Part shown: in pieces, positions 1 through 13,164 of the stretch
Position numbering within the stretch: position 1 is the stretch's first letter
Layout of the letters: every line of letters starts with the position of its first letter
Origin: Octopus vulgaris
Taxonomy: Eukaryota
Direction of reading: 5' to 3'
Assembly (NCBI GenBank): GCA_951406725.2
Contig: OX597819.1
Location: forward strand, 111,352,001-111,416,000
DNA length: 64,000 bases
The notes under the pieces: generated by a model
Databases searched by the model: none
What the model saw: only the letters and a program-made list of their open reading frames with translations
What the model was told of the DNA's origin: nothing
Made by a program: the position numbers and the translations under genes

Positions 1-215
1 ATAAAGTTAATCCAAACATCAAAAACCACCAAGAGAAAACACAACAACGCGAGGACGTGGAACAAATATAATATTATTGGACGCTCAGGAAGGAAAGGAA
101 GAAGGAGGGTTTTACGTTTCAAGCGGAGCTCTTCGTCAGAAACATAGGAAAACGAAAAATCCAGAGAAGGGAAGACGGAGGAAAAAAAATCGCCAACGGT
201 ACACACGCGGTCACA
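1..215 (-). mobile_element. Small HHR-bearing non-autonomous retroelement unit (family H1; Penelope-pLTR/retrozyme-like)
   Basis: Reverse complement aligns end to end with 25910-26120, which is flanked by (TA)n on both sides; carries a minimal HHR. Confidence 0.7.
109..143 (-). ncRNA. Minimal type I hammerhead ribozyme
   Basis: Minus strand GUUU-CUGACGA-A-GAGC ucc GCUU-GAAA-CG-U-A-AAAC: stem I GUUU/AAAC, canonical core, helix III palindrome ACGU. Confidence 0.7.
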
Positions 216-1037
216 CACACATATGCATACACGCACGTACGCATAAATGCATACGTACATACATACATACATACATATTTGTATACAAATACATACTGAC
301 GCACGCACATGCGCACAAACACACGCAGTTTCGATAACGGACAGAGTCAGCAATTATAGACGAGGGTTCAAGAAGCAACGAAGATTTCAGAAAAAAAAAA
401 TGTAAATGAGTGAAAATTAAACCAGTGTTAATTAATAATGGATTAAAATAGAATTACTCTCCTCAGACGCAACAAAATATGCTTCAGCATACGAATTCAA
501 ATAAAGAATAATATGTACATATGTATATATATCATATGCATCTAATATTGTACATATATATATATATCCACATCCACATACATATATATATGTATGTGTG
601 TGTGTGTGTGTAAGAATGTACATATATGCATGTATATATGCATATATATATATATCGAGCTATCTATCATGCAGCCCTGTGTGGCTAATAAAGAAACATA
701 TCATCAATATATCTATCTGTATGTATGAGTGTATCGCTCGCGTACACTCGTTATACGTACACTTACGCACGCATGTATTTATTTGCGCTGCGTGTATGTG
801 TACGGGTGTCCGAGTATGAGTGGGGGAGGGAGCTGGACTGCCTTAAAATAGAAAATACAAGAGAAAATAAAAGAAAAAAGCAAAGGAAAGGAAAGGAAAC
901 CTTATTTAGAAATGAAGTGTGATGTACCCGGTTGAAACTTTAATGAAGATATCGGGTACACTAAAATAACAAAACCATTAACGACAGCAACAACAATAAT
1001 AACATCATGAATACCTGTTATTATCAGACTATCGTTG

Positions 1038-1050
1038 CTATCATCATCAC

Positions 1051-1095
<45 letters not shown>

Positions 1096-1150
1096 CATCA
1101 TCAACAACATTACAATCAACATCGTTGTAGTTGTCATCATCATCATCATC

Positions 1151-1190
<40 letters not shown>

Positions 1191-1355
1191 CCACCATCAT
1201 CAACATCATCATCATCGTCATCATCATCGTCGTCGTCGTCATCATCATCATCATCATTATCATCGTCGTCGTCGTCGTCGTCATCATCATTACCACCATC
1301 ACGACCATCCCCCACACCATCATCATCATCGTCATCATCATCGTCCTCATCATCA
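1038..1355. repeat. (ATC)n/(GTC)n compound microsatellite
   Basis: Seen directly; source of the poly-D/I/M/S pseudo-ORFs. Confidence 0.95.
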
Positions 1356-1817
1356 ACGGCAATAACAACAACAAACACACATACCAAAAGAAAAAAAAGA
1401 AAAGAAAAGAAACAAACGAAAATAGTCGACAGTTGATGGGTGTGAATGGTGGGAGGTGAAAAGATCAAATCGTTTGTGTGCGAGTTGATGGCCCGTGTAA
1501 GCACTGATGTATCTATTTGTTAATGGAGTACATACAGTCAACGGGTGGCTCCTACCCAATAATCGTACAAACACCCGCCCACCGAACCTTTCTAACCTTG
1601 ACCACACATCCATCCACCCTTCCACCCGTTATTCTCACATAGTCACCTCACTACTTACCGTCCGTCCTTCCCCAGCCATCAACCCAATCTTAATAACTAC
1701 ATATCTATCTTGTTGCCCATACAAATTGTGATTGCACGCCATCTTGGTATCTTTCTTTAATTCATTTTTTCTATCTTTGTTTGTTTGTTTCTGTCTTTCT
1801 TTCTCTCTTCCTTTCTC

Positions 1818-1856
<39 letters not shown>

Positions 1857-2019
1857 CTCTTTCTTTCTTTCTTACTTTCTTTCTGTGTGTCGCTATGTAT
1901 GTGTGTATGCCTGTGTCGGTGTGTGCATGTGTATGTATGTTTGTGTGTGTATGTGTGTGTGTGTGTAAATACCTAATAGCGTTTAAAAGAAAGATCGAAG
2001 GTCCTTCTCGATCCTTAGG

Positions 2020-2215
2020 TTCTTAAGGCCGGATTCCTGAATTCTGTACCCCTTCCCCTGGAGGTGACGCGGCTCCGTCGCAAAATTACTCATTTTTGCC
2101 GGGCTGTGTGGAATCTAGTAGCGTTAAATGAAGTGTTTCGCTCAAGAATACAACGCATACCACAATCGAAACCACAATCTTACGAATCATGGATGATATA
2201 CTCTGACCACTAGCG
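2020..2215 (-). mobile_element. Degraded tRNA-derived SINE (family D-like head with a family C-type tail)
   Basis: Head/body resembles 4945-5256; left part resembles the tail of 12188-12455. Confidence 0.45.
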
Positions 2216-2291
2216 CACTCACTGCTCCTCACACATACGCGCACATTCGCACACTCATATATTTGTGCGCGCGCGCGTGTATGTGTGAACT

Positions 2292-2482
2292 CGAGGGGGT
2301 ACTGAAAAGTTCTTGGTTTTGGGTAAAAGAAAACACAGGTGCAGGACGTTGAGTTAATTACGATTTTCTTCAACATATTCCCCTCTCAGATCCACATACT
2401 TATTGCAACGTTCCTTCAGTTTTTCCAAGCCCTGTAAAAGAACTCGGATAGTTGGGCCTCAGACCAGGCTTTTCGAGACATC
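2292..2482 (-). mobile_element. Mariner transposon 3' end fragment
   Basis: TIR-like CGAGGGGGTACTGAAAAGTT; minus translation [21 protein letters not shown] resembles the mariner transposase C-terminus. Confidence 0.8.
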
Positions 2483-2512
2483 TATATAAATAATAGGGTA
2501 AAAAATTATTAA

Positions 2513-2978
<466 letters not shown>

Positions 2979-3317
2979 CCATTGGCTAGCATGCGAATTA
3001 AGAGTCAGAAGACATAAATATTTCCAAATATGATAGTATATGAAACATACACGAAGAGAAAACTACCATATGGATTTCTTACACGCTAAAATTATCTTAT
3101 TAGTTGATTTATTTAGTCAGTAATAGCGAAACATATATATATAAGGTTTACTATAGTTTATTCACTCGAATGTCTTGTTCGCGTACAAATCAACGCGCTT
3201 TAGTATAAGAATATTCTTTCGTGGTTTTAGGCTTCAACTACCATTTTTTAGCTTGTAAGAAATCCCCAAGGAGGTTTTCTCTTCGTATATATTTCATACC
3301 CTATTTATATATATATG

Positions 3318-3486
3318 ATTGACCGCTAACTCCAAAAAATTTTTAATTCTCTCTCTATTTATTTTCTTTCTGTTGAAGAGGGTAGGCTCGAAACGTAAAA
3401 GACTTTTTCATTTTTCCCGAGCGTCAAACCAATACACCAGTTTGTTGTTTATACACCTGCCTTCGTCTTTTGTTTTTCTGTAAATT

Positions 3487-3490
<4 letters not shown>
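3318..3490 (+). mobile_element. HHR-bearing unit family H2
   Basis: Flanked by (TA)n; homologous to 3537-3751 (inverted) and 53506-53650. Confidence 0.7.
3365..3402 (+). ncRNA. Minimal hammerhead-like motif (core variant CUGUUGA)
   Basis: UCUUU-CUGUUGA-A-GAGG guag GCUC-GAAA-CG-U-A-AAAGA. Confidence 0.55.
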
Positions 3491-3536
<46 letters not shown>

Positions 3537-3537
<1 letters not shown>

Positions 3538-3751
3538 CGGGAAGCTTTATGAAAATAGACAAAAGACGAAGGCAGGTGGAAAACAAACAAACAATTGTAT
3601 TAGTATGGCGCTCAGGAAATATAAATAAAACAAGTCTTTAACGTTTCGAGCCTACGCTCTTCAACAGAAAGATGCACAGAGAGAAAAAAAACACAGAAAG
3701 AAGGAGAGAAAAAAATGCGTGCAGTAACTAACGAATCAACATGGCGATCTG
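3537..3751 (-). mobile_element. HHR-bearing unit family H2 (inverted partner)
   Basis: (TA)n on both sides; shares the HHR and the CACCTGCCTTCGTCTTTTG segment with 3318-3490. Confidence 0.7.
3635..3672 (-). ncRNA. Minimal hammerhead-like motif (core variant CUGUUGA)
   Basis: UCUUU-CUGUUGA-A-GAGC guag GCUC-GAAA-CG-U-U-AAAGA; perfect stems I and II. Confidence 0.6.
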
Positions 3752-3772
3752 ATATATATATATATATACATG

Positions 3773-3907
<135 letters not shown>

Positions 3908-4489
3908 GGTGATTCCTCTCTCACTGATAATGCTTTTTCCTAGATGTAAATATCCATAAATATAATTCTTTTCTAACTAAATTGCACTTCATATTCAAGG
4001 CTTCGATGGAGCTGTGTTACTGAGGTATTCAACTATGAGTCCACTGTTTATTGCATCAGAAACAGCTATAAGCTAATAGAGTTCATAAAGGTCTGTGTAG
4101 AATCGAACAACCTCCACTTCAAACTCTCGGAATCTGTACAATAGCGATTTTGTATTTAAACAGACTTACTCCAATTCAATGACTTCTCTCCGAAGTCTTA
4201 GAACTTAACCAAACTTTTCTTTGAAGCATTTAAAAGACGCTTCAATTTTATTTTATTTCTAGTTTTCCAGGATAGTCATCTACAACGAGTAGAACTACAG
4301 CAAATCACCCGCTTCTAATTTATTGATCCAATAATAGGATATACAACTGATTCCTTGTTTCTAATCCGTCAGGTTCTGCATTAATCCCTATGTCTAGTCC
4401 TTCCTTTTTAGGACGATACTTGAATCTCCTCCCTACTCATGACTTTCCGGCATATTATATCCAAAGATTCTACCTATTTTATGTTCAAA

Positions 4490-4649
4490 CCGACCAGATT
4501 TGGTCTCTCACATCTACCCTACAATTGTCATTCTAAATATAAATATTCGCATCATCAAAATCAGTTACGAAGTAAAGCATGACTACTTCAAAACAATGTG
4601 AAGAAAAAGCATTACATTCAACAGAGTCATCTGAATGCTAAAGGGTTAA
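4490..4649. mobile_element. Possible piggyBac-type non-autonomous element end
   Basis: Ends ...TGCTAAAGGG|TTAA (piggyBac-like TIR plus TTAA); no matching left end found; left boundary approximate. Confidence 0.3.
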
Positions 4650-4944
4650 ACAGAAAACCTACAGCACCAATCTCTCCGGTCTTTGAGGATCAACTAATTT
4701 CATGAGTAATGTCCTTCCCTCTAGACTCAGAAAGTAAAAGACAAACCATAGAGCTTATTCACTTTGACAAAAGGAAAATAGGGAAAAACCTGCAAAACAT
4801 CCCTAAAACGAAGCAAAATGAGTACGATATGTAATAAACTGTAGTAATGAGTTTCAAATCTTTTTCTTGGGGTGGCCTTGATAAGATAATAGAAATCTGC
4901 AGTTTAATCTTCAAGAAGAAAATTGTCCTGCAGACATACTTATA

Positions 4945-5256
4945 GGAGCACTCTGTCGGTTACGACGACGAGGGCCACAGCTGATACGATCAACGGAACA
5001 GCTTGCTTGTGAAATTAACATGCAAGTGGCTAAGCACTCCACAGACACGTGTACCCCTAACGTAATTCTCAGGATGATTCAGCGTGACACAGAGTGTGAC
5101 AAGGCCGGCCCTTTGAAATACAAGTACAACACATTTTTACCAGCTGAGCGGACTGGAGCAATGTGAAATAAAGTGTCTTGCTCAAGGACACAACGCGTCG
5201 CCGGGAATTGAACTCACGACCTTACAATCGTAAGCCGAATGCCCTAACCACGCGCC
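4945..5256 (-). mobile_element. tRNA-derived SINE family D
   Basis: Full-length reverse-complement homology to 55787-56106; A/B boxes and GTCCTTGAGCAAGACACTTTA domain. Confidence 0.85.
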
Positions 5257-5293
5257 TTCGACATAGGCAGACATATAATAGACAAAACTATAA

Positions 5294-5349
<56 letters not shown>

Positions 5350-5715
5350 CAAGGTTTAAGGAGAAAAAATTAGATGACACCAGAGCAAACTGAAAACTAG
5401 ACGAAAACTTAACGGAGGGATAATTTAGGGAAAAACACGATACACAGAATATTCGCAGCTGATATCTTCATCAGTCAATGACCAAAATATCCTAGAGGTT
5501 ACGCACCATTTACCATTGAGAGCACTCCATCTTGGAGGCACCAGAACATTAAGCTTCTGGGAAAAAGCTAGCAAATGTATACAAGGACAGAAACAAACAA
5601 GACTATATAAATACAACAGATAAAAAATTAGGCTTATATAACAGAACGAAGCCTTACAGCTATACAACAGAAGAAAAAGAATAATTATACTTATAGCACA
5701 AATAAAATAAAGAGT
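5350..5715 (-). mobile_element. Family Z repeat unit (structured, CUGANGA-containing)
   Basis: Shares the TGGT..TTGACTGANGA..GAAT and TGTATCGT motifs with 62328-62760, 41826-41988 and 48811-48960; between microsatellites. Confidence 0.4.
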
Positions 5716-5727
5716 GTATATATATTC

Positions 5728-5758
<31 letters not shown>

Positions 5759-5764
5759 CGCACG

Positions 5765-5857
<93 letters not shown>

Positions 5858-5859
<2 letters not shown>

Positions 5860-6128
5860 AGGCGCAATGGCCGAGTGGTTAGGGCAGCGGACTCGCGGTT
5901 TCGATTCGCGTTGTGAGTGTTTATTGAGCGAAAACGCCTAAAGCTCCACGAGGTTCCGGCAGGGGGGTGGTGGCGATCCCTGCTGTACTCTTTCTCTCAC
6001 TCTTTCTTCTGTTGGCCTGCCCCTTAGCCAGCGGAGTGGCGTCATTTGAAGGCTAAAACAATGCGAAGCGCATTGTGACCAGCGATGTGTAGCAACATCT
6101 GATAGCCTGGTCGGTCACGGTGACGGTG
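5858..6128 (+). mobile_element. tRNA-derived SINE family C
   Basis: Head GGAGGCGCAATGGCCGAGTGGTTAGGGCAGCGGACTCGCGGT, body GAGCGAAAACGCCTAAAGCTCCACG; inserted in (TA)n. Confidence 0.85.
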
Positions 6129-6159
<31 letters not shown>

Positions 6160-6162
<3 letters not shown>

Positions 6163-6454
6163 TAATGACCTGTAGAGACACAGCATTTCATTGTACAACT
6201 ATAATATTCTACAAAGTATATTAAATGTTTTTCATAAGCTAATGCTGTGTTCTACTGTATTAGCAGTGCTATTACATCACTAGTTTAGATTATCTCTACA
6301 GATTTTCTATAGAAATCTTATGAAACGTTGTAACAAAATCAGTGCTGACTATAATTTGTATTTAAAAAATCTGTGACTAATAAAAACGTTTAATATACTT
6401 TGTAGCATATTATGGTTGCATTACGAAATACCATGTCCTTACAGATCATTAATA
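6160..6454. mobile_element. AT-rich fold-back MITE with ~75-bp imperfect TIRs
   Basis: ATTAATGACCTGTAG...CTACAAAGTATATTAAATGTTTTT matches the reverse complement of ~6380-6454. Confidence 0.7.
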
Positions 6455-6659
6455 TTTATGTACAAGCTTCCAGGAATGTGTTTAATATGTAAAACTGGTA
6501 TATCCAGTAACACTACATTACTATATTTAGTGGTTGTTTAAGCAATGTGTTCGTCCAAAAGATCATTAGAATTTCGCGCCATTTATCAAACACACACACA
6601 TACACACACACGCATATTGTCTTATTCAATTTTTTAAAGTTCGTTAAGACATGTCGTTT

Positions 6660-6714
6660 GTACCTGATGAAAATATTTGAGATTTTTCTCAAAATCTGAA
6701 ACTATTAGTAGCAC
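6660..6714 (+). ncRNA. Type I hammerhead ribozyme (family H3)
   Basis: GUAC-CUGAUGA-aaaua UUUGAGA uuuu UCUCAAA aucu-GAAA-CUAUUAG-U-A-GCAC; one mismatch in stem I and an imperfect base of helix II. Confidence 0.6.
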
Positions 6715-6805
6715 TTTAAGACATCTATTGTGTCCTTTAAATAAATATTTATCTCTCACCAGATAGGGTACTCTTTTCGTTGATCTTTCTATCACGGAAC
6801 AGTAC

Positions 6806-6842
<37 letters not shown>

Positions 6843-6854
6843 TTGTATATGTCT

Positions 6855-6890
<36 letters not shown>

Positions 6891-7032
6891 CGTGAAAGAA
6901 TGTAAATACATGTTTGTATACATATACATACACACAACCCAATATACATATGTACATGCATACATACATACATACATACACACATACATACATACATACA
7001 TACATACATACATACATACATACATACATACA

Positions 7033-7066
<34 letters not shown>

Positions 7067-7430
7067 CAATACTGATTGATGGGCGTACTTCTGCTCGGCC
7101 ACCTTAACCTACCAATGTACCCGTTTACTCTTTAGGGTAAATAATAACATAGAGCGCTCTGTATCGAATCTCACTTCGAACCTGCTCGGTCGGGGTTCAG
7201 ATTTTCAACATAATACAACCACACCCTCTTTTCTCTGTCCGTCCGTCTGTCAGTCCGTCTGTCAGTCTGCCTGCCTGTAAGACTTTAAACCAACATATGT
7301 CAGAGGAATAACGAGTGGAGGAACAGCTGAGTGAATAGAAGTTGAATATAATGATGTTGGAGATGATGATGAGGAGGAGGAGGAGGGGGGGAGAATAGTG
7401 GCGATGGCTACTGCTGTTAATTACTTTTAA

Positions 7431-7835
7431 GGCGGCGAGCTGGCAGAAACGTTAGCACGCCGGGCGAAATGCTTAGCGGTGTTTCGTCTGCCGTTACGTT
7501 CTCAGTTCAAATTCCGACGAGGTCGACTTCGCCTTTCATCTTTTCGGGGTCGATACATTAAGTACCAGTCACGCACTGGGGTCGATATAATCGACCTAAT
7601 CCGTTTGTCTGTCCTTGTTTGTCCTCTCTGTGTTTAGCCCTTTGTGGGTAGTAAGTAAATAGGTATTTTGTTTGTTGCTATGTTCTTACTTCAAATATCA
7701 CCGAGGTCGACTTTGCCTTTCATCCTTTCAAGGCCGATAAAATAATAATAAAAGGATACCAGTTGAGCACTGGAGTCGATGTAATCGTCTTAACCCCATC
7801 CACAAATTTTGCTGGCCTTATAACAAAATTTGAAA
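7431..7835 (+). mobile_element. Meta-SINE-like family B (dimeric central domain)
   Basis: Head GGCGGCGAGCTGGCAGAAACGTTAGC; GTCGACTT(C/T)GCCTTTCATC..T..G.CGATA domain present twice. Confidence 0.85.
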
Positions 7836-7849
7836 ATATTATTACTATT

Positions 7850-8390
7850 GAGTGAGAGAGCAGTGCATGCCATCAAAGTGACACTGGGGTACAAATATAC
7901 GAAGCCCAGTATACCCATCACGACAACTCGTCTGATAAGGGTACACTAGGCACATGCATCACAACCATTTGTGCGCGACATGGTGAACTCATATCAAGAT
8001 TAACCGCACATAACCTTGCGGGTGGAGCCCAGTTAGAATTTTCTTCAGGTTGGGTAGCCCATCCCGCTGAATAAGGGTTGTTTAAGGATGTTGAACAAAA
8101 CACCCATGTTTCCAAAGGTGAATTATCCAAACCCCAAAGAATTCCTCTCAACACTCGGCTATGATGCTCCCCTACTACGTCTGCTCGGGATCAGAGATGC
8201 ACATATCATCAGCCACTAAGGGACATGGTCAACTGATTAAGGTCAAACAACTGACAAGCAAAATTGTGGTATTGAGCAGAATATTTGCTGTAGCCCATCT
8301 TTTATACCAAGACAAAACAATGTACATAACACTTCCAATCAGTTAAGATCAGAAGCCACGAGAGCCACTGCCTGGTACTGTCTCACGATT
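7850..8390 (-). mobile_element. ~550-bp non-coding (TAA)n-associated element, copy 1
   Basis: Closely homologous to 50894-51450; both ends abut (TTA)/(TCA) repeats; strand assigned from the (AAT)n tail. Confidence 0.8.
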
Positions 8391-8415
8391 TTTTATCATC
8401 ATCATCATCATCATC

Positions 8416-8483
<68 letters not shown>

Positions 8484-8502
8484 GATTATTATTATCATTA
8501 TT

Positions 8503-8836
8503 CAGTAGTTTTATTTTTATAGCGTGCTTTCACTTCACTACCGAGCGCAGCTCTGTGTGCCTTAGGTATGTGCTGTGATTTGTTGTGATGCTCTGATGGT
8601 TATTGTATGGAAAGTGTTCTGCGTAGGATGTGTGCAGTGCCTAGTAGTGCAATTTTCTGTATGTTATATGTGTTTGTAAGTCCTGGTGTTTTTGTTATGT
8701 ATTTGTCTGAATATTTTTTTATCAAGCCTAATGCACCTACTATGATAGGAATTGTTTCTGTTTTTAGATTCCACATTCTGGTTACCTCTATTTCCAGCTC
8801 TTTGTATTTTGAAAGTTTCTCCATTTCTTTTAGAGA
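8503..8836 (-). mobile_element. R4/Dong-clade non-LTR retrotransposon, 3'-terminal fragment (RLE C-terminus plus 3'UTR)
   Basis: EKLSKYKELEIEVTRMWNLKTETIPIIVGALG...IQKIALLGTAHILRR; flanked by TTA repeats. Confidence 0.85.
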
Positions 8837-9179
8837 TTATTATTAATTTTTTTCCTTTTAATCTCAAGTTTTGTTGTAACTCTTAGAGCCCTGCATGCGT
8901 AGCGAGCTTGTGGCCTACAGCCTACAATACCATGTTATTTGCTCTTTTCAGCTATCTAATACTTCCCTGATTATTCTTATTTCTTTATTGTCCACAAGGG
9001 ACTAAACATAAAGGGGACAAACACTGACCGTACCACGGAAGCAAACCTTGTATAACAGTTTTACTGGTCACACTATTCCGATTTCCTTTATAATCCTCAG
9101 AGGAAATACGGCTACGTATTTCGCCCGGCGTGCTAACGATTCTGCCAGGCCAGCTCGCCGCCTTAATTTTCTTCTTCAT

Positions 9180-9652
9180 TTTCTATGGCCGAGCTATTTT
9201 GAACTTAAGAAGATTGTATATTTCCACTTTTTCGCCTTCCTTTTTGACTACTCTTGGGTGAAAGAGGCACGCAATATCAACTATATAGCAGATGTAGTGC
9301 ATCTTGTCCACCACCACTAGGTTTGGTCTGTTATGCTCTAGCACCTGGTCTGTTTGAATTGGGAAATCCTAAAGGATTTTGCAAGTCACCGACTCCGCCA
9401 CTCTCTGCGACCTGTGCTCATAACACGTATTGCCTCTCTCTAGCTCCCACTTTTCGCACAGTTTCCAATGCAACACTTTCGCTACCTCATCGTGTCACCT
9501 CAACTGGTAGTGGTTTTGGGTAAGTCTAGGGCATTCGTTCGCGATATGGTTTCATCAACTCTATTGCCGATGCGGCACAGTGGAGACACTTTTCTATTCC
9601 TAAGTTTGACCCTCCAATTCGTAGCCAAAGCTTGGTCTTGCGCTGCCAAGTA
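9180..9652 (-). pseudogene. R4/Dong-clade fragment (zinc knuckle plus RLE), decayed
   Basis: LAAQDQALATN..SPLCRI..DETI and KIL*DFPIQTDQVLEHNRPNLVVVDK..CYIVDIAC..KKEGEK. Confidence 0.8.
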
Positions 9653-9658
9653 TCATCA

Positions 9659-9725
<67 letters not shown>

Positions 9726-9780
9726 CCTCAGCAGCAGTAGCATCCTCCACCCCTCCTCCTCCTCCTCATTATTATCATCA

Positions 9781-9822
<42 letters not shown>

Positions 9823-9823
<1 letters not shown>

Positions 9824-10030
9824 GGCAACAAGATGGCTGAAACGTTAGCAACCCGGGGAAAATGCTCAGCGGTATTTCGTCCGTCTTTATGTTCTGAGTC
9901 CAAACTTGGGTGAGGTCAGCTTTGCCTTTCATACTTTCGGGATCAAGGTAAATTAAATACCATTTGCGCACTGGATCATGTAATTGATCCCCCATTAGAA
10001 GTGCTGGCCTAGTGCCAAAATCGGAAAGAA
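9823..10030 (+). mobile_element. Meta-SINE-like family B, diverged copy
   Basis: Homology to 7431-7835. Confidence 0.75.
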
Positions 10031-10489
10031 TTATTATGGCTATGGTGATGTGTATTTTTGTTATTTTTGTTGTTGCTCTTGCTTTTGATGGTGATGATGA
10101 TCATCATCATTATGATGATTGAGCAGGGCAAAAATCAAAACTATTCCAGCCGTGCCTACGCCATCTTTTGGCGATTAAATCTAGGATTATGTTGTTCAGT
10201 GTTTTCTTTAAGATAATTGAGGGAAGTTTGGCTGCCATTTCTAGCTCGTTGAACGACACAATATATATTCAATTGTTCGTAGGCTCAGTGGCACTGATGT
10301 TGATGATGATGATAATGATGGTGGTTGAGGTGTGGTGGTGGTGAGTGTGGCGGTAGTAATGATGATGATGGCAGACAATAGTAGTTGTTGGTGTTGGTGG
10401 TAGTAGTGGTGGTGCTGCAGATAGTGGTGCTGTAGGGTAGCTGGAACTGGTGGCAATACTACTGCTGCTGCTAATAACAGCAAATACGA

Positions 10490-10558
10490 TGATAATGACG
10501 ATGATGATGATGATGATGGTAGTCGTGGTGATCGTGATGGTGATGATGCTGACGACGG

Positions 10559-10602
<44 letters not shown>

Positions 10603-10690
10603 GTGATGCCGACGACGACGACGACGATGATGATGAGGATGATGATACTGACGATGAGGATGATGGTAATTGTGATGATGCTGACGACGG

Positions 10691-10746
<56 letters not shown>

Positions 10747-10790
10747 GTGATGATGACGACGATGATGACTATGATGACTATGATGATGAA
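10490..10790. repeat. (GAT)n compound microsatellite
   Basis: Seen directly. Confidence 0.95.
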
Positions 10791-11359
10791 AGCAGCAATG
10801 AATTGGTGCAGAGAAAAAAGATTTTAAAAAAAGGAACAACAACAACCCCTTAAAGCTGTCATCAACCAATTCCTTACAAAACCCTCAGTAGGTCCATTAA
10901 CACCCTACTGATGTCTTTCAACGCTAAAGGGAGGGAGGGAGAGAGAAAGAGAGAAAGAGAGACGGAGGGAGAGAGCGCGGGAGAGGGGAGAGAGAAGACG
11001 GGGTAAGATAAGGGTGGCCGATATCATTCTGTTTGTTTATTTATCTATCTCTTGTATTTACGTGTGCGTATACTTGTGTGTGTATTATCACGTGTGTGCT
11101 TGTAAACATGCGTAAATATGTGTGTGTGTTTGTGCGTTGTTATGCGTGTGCTTTTATGTGCCTGAGCTTGGACACACACACATGTATATCTGTGTGAGTA
11201 TATGCATATTTCTTTTTATATGTATGTGAGTATGTTTATATATGTATATATGTGTCTATGCGTGTGTGCTTCAATATATGTGCGTGTATGTACGTAAATA
11301 CATGAGTGTGTGTATGTGTTACATATATGTGCATGTACCTATGTGAGCTAATATATGTC

Positions 11360-11405
<46 letters not shown>

Positions 11406-12187
11406 CGTGCATACATGCATATTTGTGTATTATATATGTGTATATATTTCTGTGTGTGCTAATATATGTCTGTGCTTGTTTGTAAGACTATAAACGTATA
11501 CTGGTAAACACACACACATACACACACATCCATCCATACATACATACATACATCCAACCATACATACCTCCATACATACGTACGTACGTACATACATACA
11601 TTCACATATTTTATACATAGATATACACATATATGTGTGCGTGTGTGTGTGTATGTGTGTGTGCGTGCATATATGTATCAATATATTTGTACGAGTATAT
11701 ATGTGTGTATGTTTGCATGTGTTTCCATGTGAGTTATTTCGTATTTCTTTATTTATAATATTTGTTTTTCATTTGTTTGTTTTCGTCTTTTCTTATTCTT
11801 GTTTAAGTGGTTGACATGGCATGATTTGTTTGTTGTGAATGGACACGATGTGTTTATTATGGTCTCTGTCACTCATTCACTCACTCTCAGTGTGTCCTCA
11901 TACACACAAACACACATACAGATTACACTCACGCACGCACACACACACACACATGTTCACACAAAACTTGTATGCACAAAGGGATATGCCAAATCTTGTT
12001 TCTTTCAACGGCAAGAAAACACAAGCGCTACTCATATCAATAAAACATGATCGCACCTCACACTTCGCACCTCGCATCTCGCAGCACGCATGACAGACCC
12101 CTTAATCATAAGGAGCAATCAAGTATAAATCGTAGAATTGCTCCGATTGTTGGGTTTCTCAGTCACCCAGGATCACTCCTGAGTGAT

Positions 12188-12455
12188 GTTTGTTCCTTCT
12201 CGAGTCACGCCTGGCTCATAAGGGCCGGTTTCCCGGTTTCCTTGGCGTAAAGGTTACCCACCTGGATGGAACGCCAGTCCGTCGCAGGTAAGCTGCAAGA
12301 CGCACGAGGAAAGAGTGAGAGAAAGTTGTGGCGAAAGTGCCAGCATAAGTTCGCCATTATCTTCTACCAGAGCCGCGTGGAGCTTATGTGTTTCGCTCAT
12401 AAACACACACATCACCCGCGAGTCCGCTGCTCTAACCACTAGGCCATGTGCCTCC
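12188..12455 (-). mobile_element. tRNA-derived SINE family C (alternative tail)
   Basis: Reverse-complement homology to 55169-55472. Confidence 0.85.
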
Positions 12456-12759
12456 ACCACTCCTGAGTGGTGGAGAAATCCAGCAATATCTAGGACTACA
12501 TTCTAACGACTGGCCCTTCGTTTCAAAACCAGAAGATACCATTCATCCACCTTTTTCACCCGCTATTCTTTTGAGAGTTGTGCAGGGTGAGTCACCGGGC
12601 TCCTTCTTCATTGGGTCTTATCCGAAGCAACCATCATTACACGCACCTCCCAATCAATAGCTTCTGTTCCCTGCTTGTTGTACAGCTTTTTGGTACAGAC
12701 TTATCTACCTAAGATCCGAATGCATCCTTTGTTAACCCGCATGAGGAGCGATGCAGTAT

Positions 12760-13030
12760 GGTTATTCTTTCAACCGCTAGTGATAGTTCGGCTTATGGTG
12801 GTCTTATTGGCGACAGGCACGTCCACAGGATGGCCAGCAACAGACTACCCAGACAATTCCTTTCTCTCCAGTTATGCAAGGGGGAAAGAAACCATAGAAG
12901 ACCTAGACTGAGATTCAAAGATATCGCAGAAAGAAATATGAAGTGGAAAGGAACTGATCATAATAAATGGCAAACCTAAGCGAAATATCGACCAGTATGG
13001 AGAAAGCTTACCAAGTCATGCTAAAACCAC
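12760..13030 (+). pseudogene. RTE-clade LINE RT C-terminal fragment
   Basis: HVHRMASNRLPRQFLSLQLCKGERNHRRPRLRFKDIAERNMK..WQT*A..RPVWR, typical of the RTE/BovB C-terminus. Confidence 0.8.
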
Positions 13031-13164
13031 GAACAATCATGGTCGCGACGAATGACTTCAGATTATAATTTGCGACAGACACTAAGCTGGTAGTTGTATA
13101 GGACCCGCGACACCAGAAGATACATTTTGCTTTATAGCAGAGAGGAAATTACTTTGTCTTCTTA

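Noticed and set aside
9065-9105. Minus-strand CUGAGGA..GAAA HHR-like words (similar cases at ~62810-62860 and ~45985-46068)
   Set aside because: Stems I and II do not pair
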